Shown here in pieces: positions 12,561 to 25,898 of a DNA stretch of 64,000 bases (the stretch's first letter is position 1; the number at the start of each line of letters is the position of its first letter). The stretch is from Octopus vulgaris. Lineage: Eukaryota. A program made the translations under genes and the position numbers. The notes below the pieces were generated by a model. It ran no database searches and was not told where the DNA came from. It worked only from the letters and a program-made list of their open reading frames with translations. The DNA is taken from contig OX597814.1 of assembly GCA_951406725.2 (NCBI GenBank), positions 118,978,001-119,042,000 of the forward strand, given 5' to 3'.

Positions 12561-14145
12561 ACTTGAGATGAAAAGAAATGCTATTTGATTTATCACTTTA
12601 AAGAGTTAAAGCTCGTTATAAATTGCAGAAGTATAACAGTCTTCGACTGACTGCTTGTTGACTACACGTTTTCGCTTTTTTACATGTTTGTTTTTTTGTC
12701 TCCTTTTATTTTCGTTACATCGTGTGTGTTGTGTGTATGGTCTACTTAATATAACATAATAAAGATACGGAATCACTTCCATCAAAAGACTGCGATACTT
12801 TGAAATTATAAAACTAGTGCTACAACACTAGATGTAATAAATTCCATAGAGCAAGATGTAAGTTTCTGGATCGAAGTAACTCGTTAACAGCAATTCGCCT
12901 AATTTACACAAATGAAAAATTATGAGCGTTATACATCGGCAATCGTCCATATTTAAAACTTGCTGTTGCTTTTGGAATTTACAGTATATTTCAGACTTTT
13001 TATTCCGTTCAATACTTTATTTTGAAGATAGAGTTTTGATTTTATCATTATGGTGGAGACAGATACTTAATCCATTAATGAACTTATATATTGTTACTAT
13101 TGACACAACTGGTTATGTAAATATGCGTTGTCTCGACAGATTCTATTATCTGAAATAACTAAGAAATATCAGCGGCTGCAAACGATAGTTGAGTTTCATC
13201 CGCCGGCTTAATGTTTAAATGTTTAAACTATGCACCAAGTAATGTATTTATTTATTTATAGATGGAACATTCATAGGTTGTGTAGTACGAAGCGATTAGA
13301 GTCAAACTATTGTTATAAAATTTTATAAAACTGTTTTATATCTGTAAATCTTGCATACGAAATTAATAGGTGTATATTATCGACAATAATATGCGTTTCA
13401 ATTTTCACTCTTCACCATCAAATATAAAATAATGGATATATACCGACGTATATCTGTATGTATATGTAGTTAGATAAATACACACATACACATACGCACG
13501 ATCACTTACACACATGTATATACATGTATGTGTGAGTTTGTGTGCGTGTGTGTGTATGTGTTTGGGTGTATGTGCGAGTGTTTATGTGTGTATGTATGTA
13601 TGTAAAATATATGCATGCAGCTTTTATTCTTTAGTTGTAAAAGCGCGTGACTCAAGAGAACATGTTTCGTGTGTTGCATTTAAACAACTACAAAATAAAC
13701 GGTAAGAACTCGCATTGTGTAGAACATGTAATTCACTTTCAATACTTTTGTCAAAGTATCATTAAAGAGACACGTGACAAAGCAATGTTTTTTTTAATTC
13801 CAACTATTAAGCAGACAAAAAGAATGACTAACATAAAAGCCAAATAAGATATTTTATGTTATGTATTTTGTTTTCTATTATTTTGTTATCAGTTTCAGTC
13901 AGAAGCAGTGACCAACGGGCTACACTTCAAAAGTATACAAGATCAACAACAAATTGGAATAAGGGAAATAAACTACATCTGTATGGTGATATGATTTGAG
14001 TGTTTAGTACAAAACGTAGTGTTTAGGTATAATAAACAGAATGAGAATGAATGAATATATCAAGCCCCTCTTTTTGAGGAAATAGCTTTTTGATCAGTGA
14101 CTATCTACCAAGCAATCGAATGGAGCTTCTTGCTCCAGCCGAAAA

Positions 14146-14223
<78 letters not shown>

Positions 14224-14390
14224 GCGCGCGCATGTGTTTGTAGCGGCACTGTTTCAGATATATCAGCAGTTATCCTCTGTAGATCATAGCAAAGTTTTTT
14301 TTAAATAAGCAACTTATATGAGGTACTATAATTCTTTTGCACTGAACATGAAGCTTCCAATATGGACAGATGATTAGCCAATGTTTTGTA

Positions 14391-14797
14391 CGAGGGTGAG
14401 TCAAAAAGTAATACCATTTTGTTTAGGAAAGGTATAATTACCAACACATGAACATATATCTTACATCAAAATGAAGCTGGCATAATGATTGCCTCTCAAA
14501 CCCTCTTTCATGGGGCCGAAGAGATGATAATCTGAAGGCGCTAAATTATTCCAGTGACGAGGAAGTGAAAACTGTAGTGCAGAAGTGGCTCAAAGAACAG
14601 TCAACAGAATTTCACGGGGCAGGGATGCAAGCTCTCATTTGAAGGTGGAACACTGCTATTGAGAGAAACCATGACTATGTCGAGAAGTAGGGATGTGATA
14701 CACAGAGGACCAACTTCATTTTGATGTATAACTCATGAACTTGTTTATAATAATACCTGTCCTAAACAAAATGGCATTACTTTTTGACTCACCCTCG
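14391..14797 (+). mobile_element. Mariner-derived non-autonomous element with TIRs and TA target duplication
   Basis: TA|CGAGGGTGAGTCAAAAAGTAATACCATTTTGTTTAGGA...TCCTAAACAAAATGGCATTACTTTTTGACTCACCCTCG|TA; internal YSSDEEVKTVVQKWLKEQSTEF...RWNTAIERNHDYVEK*. Confidence 0.92.
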
Positions 14798-15537
14798 TAT
14801 ATATGAAAGTATCGTAATTAGATATTGTGCAAAGATTAGGATTTTAAGTCTGTTTCAGAGAATCTGCTGTGTTTTATTCGTACCTAGACATAAAACAAGG
14901 CAAAACTTTTTTTATTCATATGGCTAAGGATTGTGTCGAGGGTCTCTTTAATATGACTGTTGGAAATGATGTAATTAAAAAACTGCAACAATGGTCTGAA
15001 GTGTGTGAAATAACTAAAGAGAGAAACACTGATGTGGTAGTGTGTGTGTAAAAGTAAAACAAGACGTATTTACAGAATACAGAAAGAATGTGGTGAGCAT
15101 AAATAGAAGCTGAAATATAGACGATTAGATATAACGGATATCGATTACAGCCTCAGCTTTCCTGTCGTTCATTAACACATTTACATAAGAAAATAATATT
15201 AGCAGCGATAATTTTACATGTTGCACCTGTTAATATATTTCGAGAAGAAAATTAATTCATTGTAGTGATTTGATATTTCACAATAGAACATAATTTTGTT
15301 CTAATCGATTAAAACAGTGTGATTTCTGCTAGTAACTAAAACAAGAAAACACAAGAGAGTTCTATTCATTTCTTGACACGGATTATAGAAACAATTTATT
15401 CTTTAATTAAATGAAATCTCCTTCTCTGTGATAATATATACAATATATGCTAACACTCATATGCACATAATCCAACTTATAACGAAACTTCAATTATAGC
15501 ACACACGTACATACTTGTTTTTATTACATGTATGTAA

Positions 15538-16142
15538 GGCGGCGAGCTGGCAGAAACGTTAGCACACCGGGCGAAATGCGTAGCCATTACGTTCTTAGTT
15601 CAGATTCCGCCGAGGTCGACTTTGCCTTTCATCCTTTCGGAGTCGATTAAATAAGTACCAGTTACGCACTGGTGTCGATATAATCGACTTAATCTGTTTG
15701 TCTGTCCTTGTTTGTTCTCTCTGTGTTTAGCCCCTTGTGGGTAGTAAAGAAATAGGTATTTCATCTGCCGTTACGTTCTGAGTTCAAATTCCGCCGAGGT
15801 CGACTTTGCCTTCCAGCCTTTCGGGAGTCAATTAAATAAGTAGCGGTTACGCACTGGGGTCGATATAATCGACTTAATACCTTTCTCTGTTCTTGTTTGT
15901 CTCCTATGTGTGTAGCCCCTTGAGGGTAGTAAAGACATAAGATTCGTTAGCACGCTGGACGAAATGCTTAGCGGCATTTCTCTCATCGCCTTCTTCTGAG
16001 TTGAAATTCCACCAATGTCAACTTTGCCTTTCATCCTTTTGGGGTCGATAAATCAAGTGCCAGTTGTTTATCTGGGTTGATCAAATCGACACGACGCCAC
16101 CCCCAAATTTCAGACCTTGAGTTCATAGTAAAAAGGATTAAT
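15538..16142 (+). mobile_element. Three tandem SINE family C units (full copy, headless core+tail duplicate, older copy with different tail)
   Basis: The GAGGTCGACTTTGCCTT core occurs near 15612 and 15796, and in diverged form near 16015. Confidence 0.9.
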
Positions 16143-16339
16143 ATATATAAATTGGTTTGTGTGTCTTTGACATTATACTTACGTTTTATTTTTATATAAA
16201 TATTTCATATATGTGACATAATATAGACATGCCTATACATTCATACGCGTCTTCATACATATAGGTAATGTGTACATATTCGCATGAGAATAATTTTTCC
16301 CCCGGTGTGTATGTATCTTTATATATACGTATGTTTATA

Positions 16340-16371
<32 letters not shown>

Positions 16372-16376
<5 letters not shown>

Positions 16377-16675
16377 CGTGATCACCGTGACCGACCAGGC
16401 TATTAGATGTTGCTACACACCGCTGGTCACAATGCGCTTCGCATTATTTAGCCTTCAAATGACGCCACCCGTTGGCTAGGCGAGCAGGCCAACAGAAGAA
16501 AGAGTGAGAGAAATTTGTAGCGAAAGAGTACAGCAGGGACCACCACCACCCCCTGCCGACTCGTGGAGCTTTAGGTGTTTTCGCTCAATAAACACTCACA
16601 ACAACCGGTGTGGGAAACGAAACCGCGATCCTACGACCGCGAGTCCGCTGCCCTAACCACTGGGCCATTGCACCT

Positions 16676-16677
<2 letters not shown>
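16372..16677 (-). mobile_element. SINE family B, tail type 1
   Basis: Matches 27023 and 55226; tail CATTGTGACCAGCG...GCCTGGTCGGTCACGGTGA. Confidence 0.9.
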
Positions 16678-16761
<84 letters not shown>

Positions 16762-16768
16762 TATAATA

Positions 16769-16934
16769 GGCGTAGGTGTGGCTGTGTGGTAAGTAGCTTG
16801 CTTCCCAACCACATGGTTGTGGGTTCAATCCCACTGCGCGGCACCTTCTTAGGCAAGTGTCTTCTACTATAGCCTCGAACCGACCAAAGCCTTGTGAGTT
16901 GATTTGGTAAGCAGAAACTCAAAGAAGCCCGTTG

Positions 16935-16967
<33 letters not shown>

Positions 16968-17215
16968 TTGTCTGTGTGTGTGTGTCTGTGTGTGTGTGTT
17001 TGTGTGTGTGTATGTGTATATATATTTGTGTGTCTGTGTTTGTCTCCCCCAACATTGCAGGTGTGTTTACGTCCCCGTAACTTAGCGCTTCGGCAAGAGA
17101 GCCCGATAGAATAGGCTTACAAAGAATAAGTCCTGGCATCAATTTGCTCTACTAAAGGCGGTGCTCCAACATGGCCACAGTCAAATGACTGAAACAAATA
17201 AAAAAGCCAAAGAGT
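16769..17215 (+). mobile_element. SINE family A, near full length
   Basis: GGCGTAGGTGTGGCTGTGTGGTAAG head with GGTTCAATCC B-box, internal (TG)n, CAGTCAAATGACTGAAAC terminal stem-loop. Confidence 0.92.
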
Positions 17216-18289
17216 ATACATATATTTATATATTAATGAACATACATATGCATGCGTGTGTGCGAAACATGAATGTTTCTATTTTATGTGCGTATATATG
17301 TGTGAGAATTTGCTTGAAGATTTGTAAATAGGCTCACGTGCGAGTTTATATGACTTAATTTCTTCCGCATAGGAATATGTCAATATGGTTTCCCATAAAG
17401 TTACAACATTTCCCTTATAATAGCAGTGGTGTCTTAGCATTTTCAGGAAGTTACATCTCTTTTATGAATCACAAATGCCTTTGCTTCTTTAGAATTATTT
17501 CATATTCTGAATACAAAAATTAAATTCCAAATGTGACATTTGCTATTTCAAATTTCATTTGTTAATCTCCAATATTCAAATTCTTCAGAGTGTATTACCT
17601 GTTGTTGGGTTACCAATTACATTCGTTTCGAAGGAGTAGAATATATGAAAAGTTTTAATATTCATGTATTTTTGGCAATATAGTTTCCTGATTTATGAAA
17701 TCGAAACTGCGTATATAATTCTACTCATGCTTTCATTTTCAATGTGCAGTTCTAAATTTAAATCGACATTTCTCCGATACAGTACATATATACGAAAGGA
17801 ATAATGATAATAAAAAAATATCTCAAAAAAATAATCGAAGCATATTCCTCTATTCTCCAGGATTATGTGCTCAAACTTGAATGTATATGGTCTTGTATTT
17901 TGCCATAGCATATAATTTGAAATTATTAATGGATTTCCTCAAAAGCAATTCTTCATTCGAGCCATATACGTGGAATAAATATTCATTCGATTCTGCGCTT
18001 CAAAATCGTGTGTGTATATTTGAATGTGTGAGCATGTGTATGCATGTACGTATATTTGTAAATTATTGCTATAATACACACGCATAAAGTAGTAATATAG
18101 CATTTCAACATGTCATAGCACCTATTTCAAGTCGATAGCCTAATTAATTTTAAAGCGGTTAGATTAGAAATACATAGGGAATATGCTCACCACCATAAAT
18201 ATTTGCATTCTCAAGCACATAAAACTCATATGCGCACGATACCATCATACATGCATACATGTACGCGTAAGTTACGTTTTGAAATTTCG

Positions 18290-18378
<89 letters not shown>

Positions 18379-18401
18379 CATATATAAACACATATATATA
18401 C

Positions 18402-18438
<37 letters not shown>

Positions 18439-18537
18439 CATATATATACATGTATATATACACATATAATATATGCATATATATATACATATATATACAT
18501 ATATATATACATTCATATGGATATATATACATGTACT

Positions 18538-18568
<31 letters not shown>

Positions 18569-18610
18569 GTATACATACATATACATATATATATATACAT
18601 ATATATATAC

Positions 18611-18684
<74 letters not shown>
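18290..18684. repeat. Long (TA)n with interspersed CA/TG units
   Basis: Directly visible. Confidence 0.95.
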
Positions 18685-18688
<4 letters not shown>

Positions 18689-18777
18689 GAAATATTAAAA
18701 TTACCAAGTCCCTCTAAAAGAGATTACGGCAGCGTTACTGGAAATTAATTGTTATCGCCTTAATATGGCGATAACAA

Positions 18778-18816
<39 letters not shown>

Positions 18817-19655
18817 AACGTGAGGGCTTCGAAAGGAAGTAACCTTTATTGAAATATTTGAAATTTATGACAGTCCTTCATACTCTCTGTATAATGTATA
18901 ATTCTTATAGAGTCATTATGCAAAATACAACTTACACGGTTACACCCCCCGCCCTCAGCATAATTTTCCAGATTCTTACTTACACTGTATGAGAAGACTG
19001 AATTACTTTTACAATGTGAAGGAAAAGAAAACCTGTAGGAGAGATGAAACTTATTTTGACTTAGTCTTTGACCCCAAATATTAGGATTCGCTTCTTCCAA
19101 TGTCAAATGTAATTAATCTAACTCCATGAATACAATGTTTGTCTACGATGACCTCCGCGTACACTCCATAAAATTTCGTTTCATATTAGTTATAATTTTA
19201 ACCAGGTGCACGAATTAGAGTCTGTGTACGATTGTAAATATATAATCTGGTTTAAAATGATTTGCAGTTTAACATAAATGTTAATCTCGAGCTAGTTTGC
19301 AACCAAATACTATCAGTCAGTAGGAGGCTAATCTTCGAAAAATGTCTGGTTGTCACTACCAAGCATTTCTAACCGGTTATGAATAAATTTTCCAGTCTAA
19401 CACAACTGCACAAGATTCTTCGTAATACCGATTCAATGAATGCATGTATATATGCATAAGTAATGTGCGTATGCATGCATGTATGACTGTATGCAGGCTA
19501 GTATGTATATGCATTATACGTATATACACATATAGAGAAAGAACGGGTGCTCAAATAGGACCAACCATGGGCACTGGACCAGAAATATTACATAGAGACC
19601 TCTGATGGATTATCGCATCTCCATGGCCTGAAACGGCTAGTAGTGCACATTAGTA

Positions 19656-19801
<146 letters not shown>

Positions 19802-19998
19802 TAGATATATATATACATGTATATATATATAAATCAAATGAAGAAAAACACAATTCCTTCAAAGCAATGTAAAACATCCAATTTACTGGTACATCAGTTG
19901 AATACAACAGATAAAAGGGTATAATTATTACATACAAATACTAAATGCACTAGAGAAATACAATTGACATATTAAAGTTTTTATACAACATAATATAA

Positions 19999-20397
19999 TC
20001 TTTATATATAAAAGTGAAGTTGTGTGTCTGTCTCCTACGATTTAGATTCCTAACTACTCCCACATTTTGCGGTGCAGTTTAACCAAAACCGGGTATCTTA
20101 TAGTCGTTATTCATATCGAGCCATTCTGGGTATTAGCGCGCGTCTACGATGAGTCTACGATTTAAAAAAAAATTACCATCATTTTTTTCCATTTTAATGC
20201 ATTTTTTCGCTATTATATAAGGGAAGTAACTCTCTAAAAATGTCTACGATGAGTCAACGATTTAAAAAAAAATTACCGTCGTTTTTTTTTCCATTTTTAA
20301 TGCTGCATTTTTTTGCTATTTTTCGCTATAACTCTCTAAAAATGCTTATATAGTTATTTCCCTTACAAACCCGAGCAACGCCGGGCGATACTGCTAG
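19999..20397 (+). mobile_element. Non-autonomous Helitron
   Basis: A|TC start, subterminal hairpin CCCGAGCAACGCCGGG, CTAG|T end, no TSD; internal ~100-bp tandem duplication (about 20143-20344). Confidence 0.88.
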
Positions 20398-21109
20398 TAT
20401 ACTATAAAAATATGATATGATATACGAAGACATTACTTGACATTTTAAAAATAAAACATATAAAGCCAACAATTTCGATTTATAGCTATGATGATTGGCA
20501 CAAACGAGAAATTATAATCAAGGTATAATAGCTATAAGCTTCGCATTAATTCTCCATAAATGTTCTCTTTCTCTTGGACTGTTTCCTGTACACTCACATA
20601 TGCGAACATCTGACCTCTACAATAGTGCATAACTTTTGTTCCCTGCCCCACAGAATATAATGTGTATGTATGTATGTATGTATGTATGTATGTATGTATG
20701 TATGTGTGCGTGTGTATATGTATGTATGTATGTGATGTATGTGTGTATCTGTGCATCTATGTATGCATGTAGTATGTATATATATCTGTGTATAAAAAAA
20801 GGCACACATATACAACAATGATGATCCCTAGATCAATAAACAGAACATAGCCATAATCAATTAAGAACTTCTAGAACGCATCCCTTGGACCAATTTTTTA
20901 AATGATGACAGACTCATCTTGTGATCTGACCTAATCGGTTGGAATAACGACATTTCTTTTCTCTTTATTATGTTTAGGGTTCGAGCCACATGCCAGTGGT
21001 AAGAAATGTAAACGATAGTAAAAGCAATGCCCTACCGGACAAGACGCTTGGATTTCTTTGAACGTCTCCACTTCTTTTTAAGAATTCACGTTCCTTACTA
21101 GTTCGTTAT

Positions 21110-22900
21110 TGGAGTTGTATTTCAGACGCGAGATGTGATTCTGTAAGGTTAACCCATAAAAGAAGTGAGTGCAAAAGACTCGAAAACCGGCTCAGATAAT
21201 TGCAGTTGTCCGAGAGATACTGAATATCTGAGAGTGAAACAACGAGGAGCAACAAATTCCGGGCTGTATCTAGACAGATTGTTCGATAGGTTAGCTGATA
21301 GATATAGCGTAACCTGAACAATAACCTTAGAATATATAGATAAGGATACAGTTACTGGAAGTTCAATGTATCTTTCCAAACGCTCAAAGGATACAAGACT
21401 GACATCAAAATTTAACGACAGTTGACGGAGGCAATCGTCTACAACCAGTTGTGAGGGTCATTGAAGTGAGCGAGAGACGCGAAGGCAAAGAGGATCAAGA
21501 GAAATACAGGAAGTAGTGAGCCATTTTGCAAGGGCAAAATTATCTAGTTTAGATGGCCTATTCTATGAGTTTTATGGTTACACACTAGATTTTCTTGGCG
21601 ATCTCTTGGAAATCATCTACCCCAACTGGCAGCAGAACAGGATGATTTAGACTGCTGAGAAGAGTGCCAATAAAGGAAATATAGCCAATTTACTGTCCAT
21701 AACTTTGCTAAGTACAGAGTTTTAGTGAAGGGTTGGCGCTCGTTGAGTATAATAACCTCAGAGAAGCACAAATATGTCGGACGCCAACAGATCCATCAAA
21801 AACTACTACCTTTTGTGATACCTAATTGATATTACGGGAAACAAATATGGATTTCTTGAATCCCTCACCAATGTCAATCACTCAAAAGTTTTTCACGGTG
21901 TTGACTATTGCTAAAGTTATAAAAGATGTTGCTTTCGAGCTGTGTCGCAGCAATAATCAGAGGCATTTGCTTGGTTATCAGTGAGAACGGCCACCTCTCG
22001 GAACAGATTCATATCGCGTGTTATATCCATTGAAAATGTCTTCTTTCCTCCCCTTTGCAAATACTGCCTCTAGAGCAATTTTTGTAAAAGCTAGATTTTC
22101 TGAAATTGTATCATTCGAAATAGGGTGCGGCAAGGCTGTGCCTGCTGTTGCAATGACCTCACTGTAACAGTGTCAAACTCTACGGAAGAGAGAGTGATCG
22201 AAACCTGTCTAAGGAAATATGAAGTGGTTTCAGAGCAATGATAAAGCTAGACAAATCATAGACTTGAGGCTTGGCATCTTAAGTGGCAGGCCTATGCAAC
22301 CGAACAGTTTAAACTACTTGAGATTTAGTTTTGTTGCCGAAAAGCAGAGGCTGCGCCAAGGGCAATTTACCTGATAGTGAGCGAGTGTGTCTACTGTCTG
22401 TCTGGAAGGTACACTTTTCTACTGTTAATTTCTGTGTAAAGTGACTAACAAAATTAGGCGCCTGGTATCTGAAAAGTAACCAGGTGCACGCCACTCTCTA
22501 CAATTCGAGCGATATGATCCTTCGAGTTAACTTTAGTAATACATAGCAGAGCAGGTACTGTTCAGGTGCGATGAATTCCTCGAAAAAATTCTAGATGTCG
22601 ACGAAGACAATCCAGTTTGCCTGTTTTGAAGAATGCTCAAGATGGCTGGAACTACTTTGAGCAAATGTTTTATCGATTAGAGAATAGCATTAGGCAAGTG
22701 CTCATAATCACAGTTTTCAGAAGGATCCTGGATCTGTGGGGTTCTTGATATCGCCTTAGTTGATGGTTCTCTAGTATCGAGAATATTGTTTCAATCATGT
22801 CAATACATGTTTTGCATACAATGTATATTTTAAATTCCAACTCACTCCTTTTTCCCTTCACTGCTTTAAACACTCGCACAAATTGTTAGCCGTCTTTGTA
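21110..22900 (-). pseudogene. Fossil Helitron RepHel (PIF1-type helicase) coding region
   Basis: Collinear decayed motifs on minus strand: WLL...TFQ, VIATAGTA, VPRGGRS...CL, IDIGEG, YAISIS*PIEQS (cf. AMTINKSQGQS), LSEPVF...G*PY...SRV (cf. HGQLYVALSRV). Confidence 0.65.
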
Positions 22901-22989
22901 AGTCCCCCTCTCATGTGATGCCATCATAGCAAATAAAGAAAATATTATTACTATTAATATTGTTGTTATTTTTTTATTGCTTGTATTAT

Positions 22990-23380
22990 TGAGTTGCTGT
23001 TGCTGCTGCTGCTACTGCTACTACAACTACAACTAATGTTACCTTTATATTATTTGCTCACGCTTCTCCGTTTCTTTAGTTCTTAATCATATTAGTCGCG
23101 ATTGCCATCTTACTCACCATTACTACCACCAAACATGCGCCCGGCAACCATTACGAAATCCACCAACATGACGACGACGACCACCACCACAACCACCATC
23201 GTCGTCGTCACCACCACAATCACCTTCCCATTATCATCGTCATCGTGTAACTTCTTTAGTATGTGTTCATTACATTAGTTACCGTAATTGTCAACATCAA
23301 TCATCATCATCATCGTTATCATCATCATCATCATCAGCAGCAGCAGCAGCATCATCATTAGCAGCAGCGGTAGTTGCAGC
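22990..23380. repeat. Trinucleotide-rich low-complexity region (GCT/ACT/ACC/CAT/CAG)n
   Basis: Directly visible. Confidence 0.85.
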
Positions 23381-24609
23381 ATGATAGATATTTCTTTTGT
23401 TATTCCCCATCTCTCTATATACGATAAATCCACGAGTTTATTCAGCTGCAATACCACAAATGTATCTAATATTCGTTTCGTGGAATACGAAATTATATTT
23501 AAGTGATAGATGGTCTTGTAGTATCTTTAGAACCACATTAGCCAAAACATTATCAACTGACGTTTATTGATGCTGTTGCCCATTATAAACATCTATCGTT
23601 AATGCTTGAATCGGATTCACGGATTGAACAGAAATAGGCTGGAAGTGATTTTCAAGCGAATGAAAATACTATAGCTGTAAGAAATTTCATATAAAACAGC
23701 GGCATGTCTCTTATCAAAGAAGTGGTTTGATCCTTCTTTCGATGTACAGTTTAATCATTAGCAGCGATGCGTGGTTTTATTTGTATTATGTGTTAAGGAG
23801 GAGAAAGATAAACCTACACCAATCCCATGAAAGTTTTATATCGCCGTATACATTCAAAGACCTGGTAATGAATTCGCTAAAGCTGAAACTTCTAAAATCA
23901 ACCCATACGGAATTTAAGTCGGAATATGTGATACGTGTTTCTTACAAGGTGGTGTACGAAGGTTCTAGGCGCAATCCCCGCTTCCTGGCCAATCCAATAA
24001 AATGACAGTGATTTTTCAATATTCACATAAGGCATGTAGCTATAATGTTGCTATACAAATGTGAAATATCATGCTCAAAGGGTTTAATATAAATTCTGCA
24101 TATGCATTCCCTATTCGAGCTTAAGGTCAAAAAATTGCTATCGAGATAGATGTTTCCCGCATTTAGCAATTTATGCATATGAAACATTTCGGTGATTTTA
24201 ATTAGAATTTTCTCTAAGAACAGAAGCGGCAGTGTCAAGAATCGAATGCAAAAGAAAGCCATTTTGTATTTCCGCCTCGGAAGAAATAGAAAATATTGAT
24301 TCGATGTTTGATGACGCTACAAAAATGAATGTGTATTCATAAAAAATATATTATTTCTGACATTCATGTGGTCTGAGGCAAGTAGAAGATTTTTCCTAAA
24401 AACACAATTATTTCTCTCCGTCATGTTGCCTAATCTATATGTCATCAATGGTTTATAAATCGGTTATCTTTCTTTATCTTCAACGGAATATTCCTGTCAG
24501 AGAATGTCATTACAAAGCAAATCTTCTTTACGTTAGCATGTCATTCTATCATTCTATGTAGCAGTGATTTTGTCATGTGTGGCTTTATTAATATTTTATG
24601 GAGTCAGAT

Positions 24610-25230
24610 GCGGTTTATTGGTATAATCGTTAGAGTGTCGCGCAGAGTGACTTGACGTGTTTGCTTATGCCACTTGCATTCTGAGTTCAAATCCGGCCGA
24701 ATTCAACTTGAATTTTAATCCCTATATATATAAAGCTGAAGTTGTCTGCGTATGGCAGGTTTGGTAGCCTTCAACTAACACTATCTCCTCCGAGACCCTG
24801 CGGTGCAAGTTAACCAAAATTGAGAGAATGATAGAAGAATGCTTGCTCTTCATTCCGAAGAAATTAAAATTCAAATCGGACCATGTTAAGACCAAAAATT
24901 ATTTACATCAAAAAGGTGCTTTTTTTCTATGAAAATCCCTATTTTTACGATTTTTTTAGTCCTCTGTCGCCAGTTTTCGGTGTATTTCAACCAGAAAAAA
25001 TGTTCACTTAAAGGGAATAACAAGCTACATAATGCAAAAGTTTTACCTTTCAAAAATTCCAATTCTAAAGGGTCGAAACAAACCCGAGCAGAGCCGGGCG
25101 ATACTGCTAAAACTCGATAAAATTAAAACCAGTCAAGTACAATGACCGATGAAAAATGAAATGATATTGCAGGGCTGTTGCAGATAACATCGTCTATCTC
25201 CCAAAATATGTCACCTGGTGAAAATGCAGT
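24610..25230 (+). mobile_element. Old SINE family C copy split by a Helitron insertion
   Basis: TTCTGAGTTCAAATCCGGCCGA before 24719 resumes as TCGATAAAATTAAAACCAGTCAAGTAC after 25110. Confidence 0.6.
24719..25110 (+). mobile_element. Non-autonomous Helitron
   Basis: A|TC start, CCCGAGCAGAGCCGGG hairpin, ends GATACTGCTAA (CTAG changed to CTAA); termini shared with 19999-20397. Confidence 0.82.
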
Positions 25231-25898
25231 GAATTCCGCTTGTTTTTTTCTTTTTTTTTTGTGTAACTATTAGTTTTTGACATCGGCATCAACTAATGAT
25301 ATACGAATGCTCCTAATATGAACATTTTAGCTGAAAGGAAATTTGCAGTTTAAAAAAATACAGATTATTCACAAGCGAAAATACTTATAAGTATCGATTT
25401 AAAATGGGATAAGATAGTCTGTTTACAATGAGAACCGGATAAAATTTAGAATTCACCAATGACTTGAACGCATTAAGAGTTAACCTTAATTATATTGGTA
25501 GATTAGCACTCTCTAAGACGACAGTGTTAACAGTATATACCTAATTATAAAAGTATATAACTAATTATGTGTAGTGTAACATATGCATCTTCTGCTTCAC
25601 CATTTTTTTGGCTTATCAACATCACGTACCTGAAGAGAACCGGAAGTGAACTGAATTGTCTGTCCATTACTACATGTTGCAAAAGTCCAGATTCTGATAT
25701 GCCCAGACGATGCGTACGTAGGAATAAATTCAAATATTAATTGGAAACTGCACTACTGTTGCAAACATTATCGAACACACATACACAATGCATATGTATC
25801 TGTGATCGTGACTGCAACACCTTAACCACTAAGCTATGCGTCTATATATGTATGTGGGCTTGTGTTTGTGTGTGTGCATGCGTGTGTGTGTAAATATA

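Noticed and set aside
16600-16840. tRNA-like sequences with A/B boxes
   Set aside because: They are SINE heads continuing into SINE bodies, not tRNA genes.
19600-19645. CTGATGG...GAAACGGCTA hammerhead-like string
   Set aside because: Stems I and II cannot be formed convincingly.
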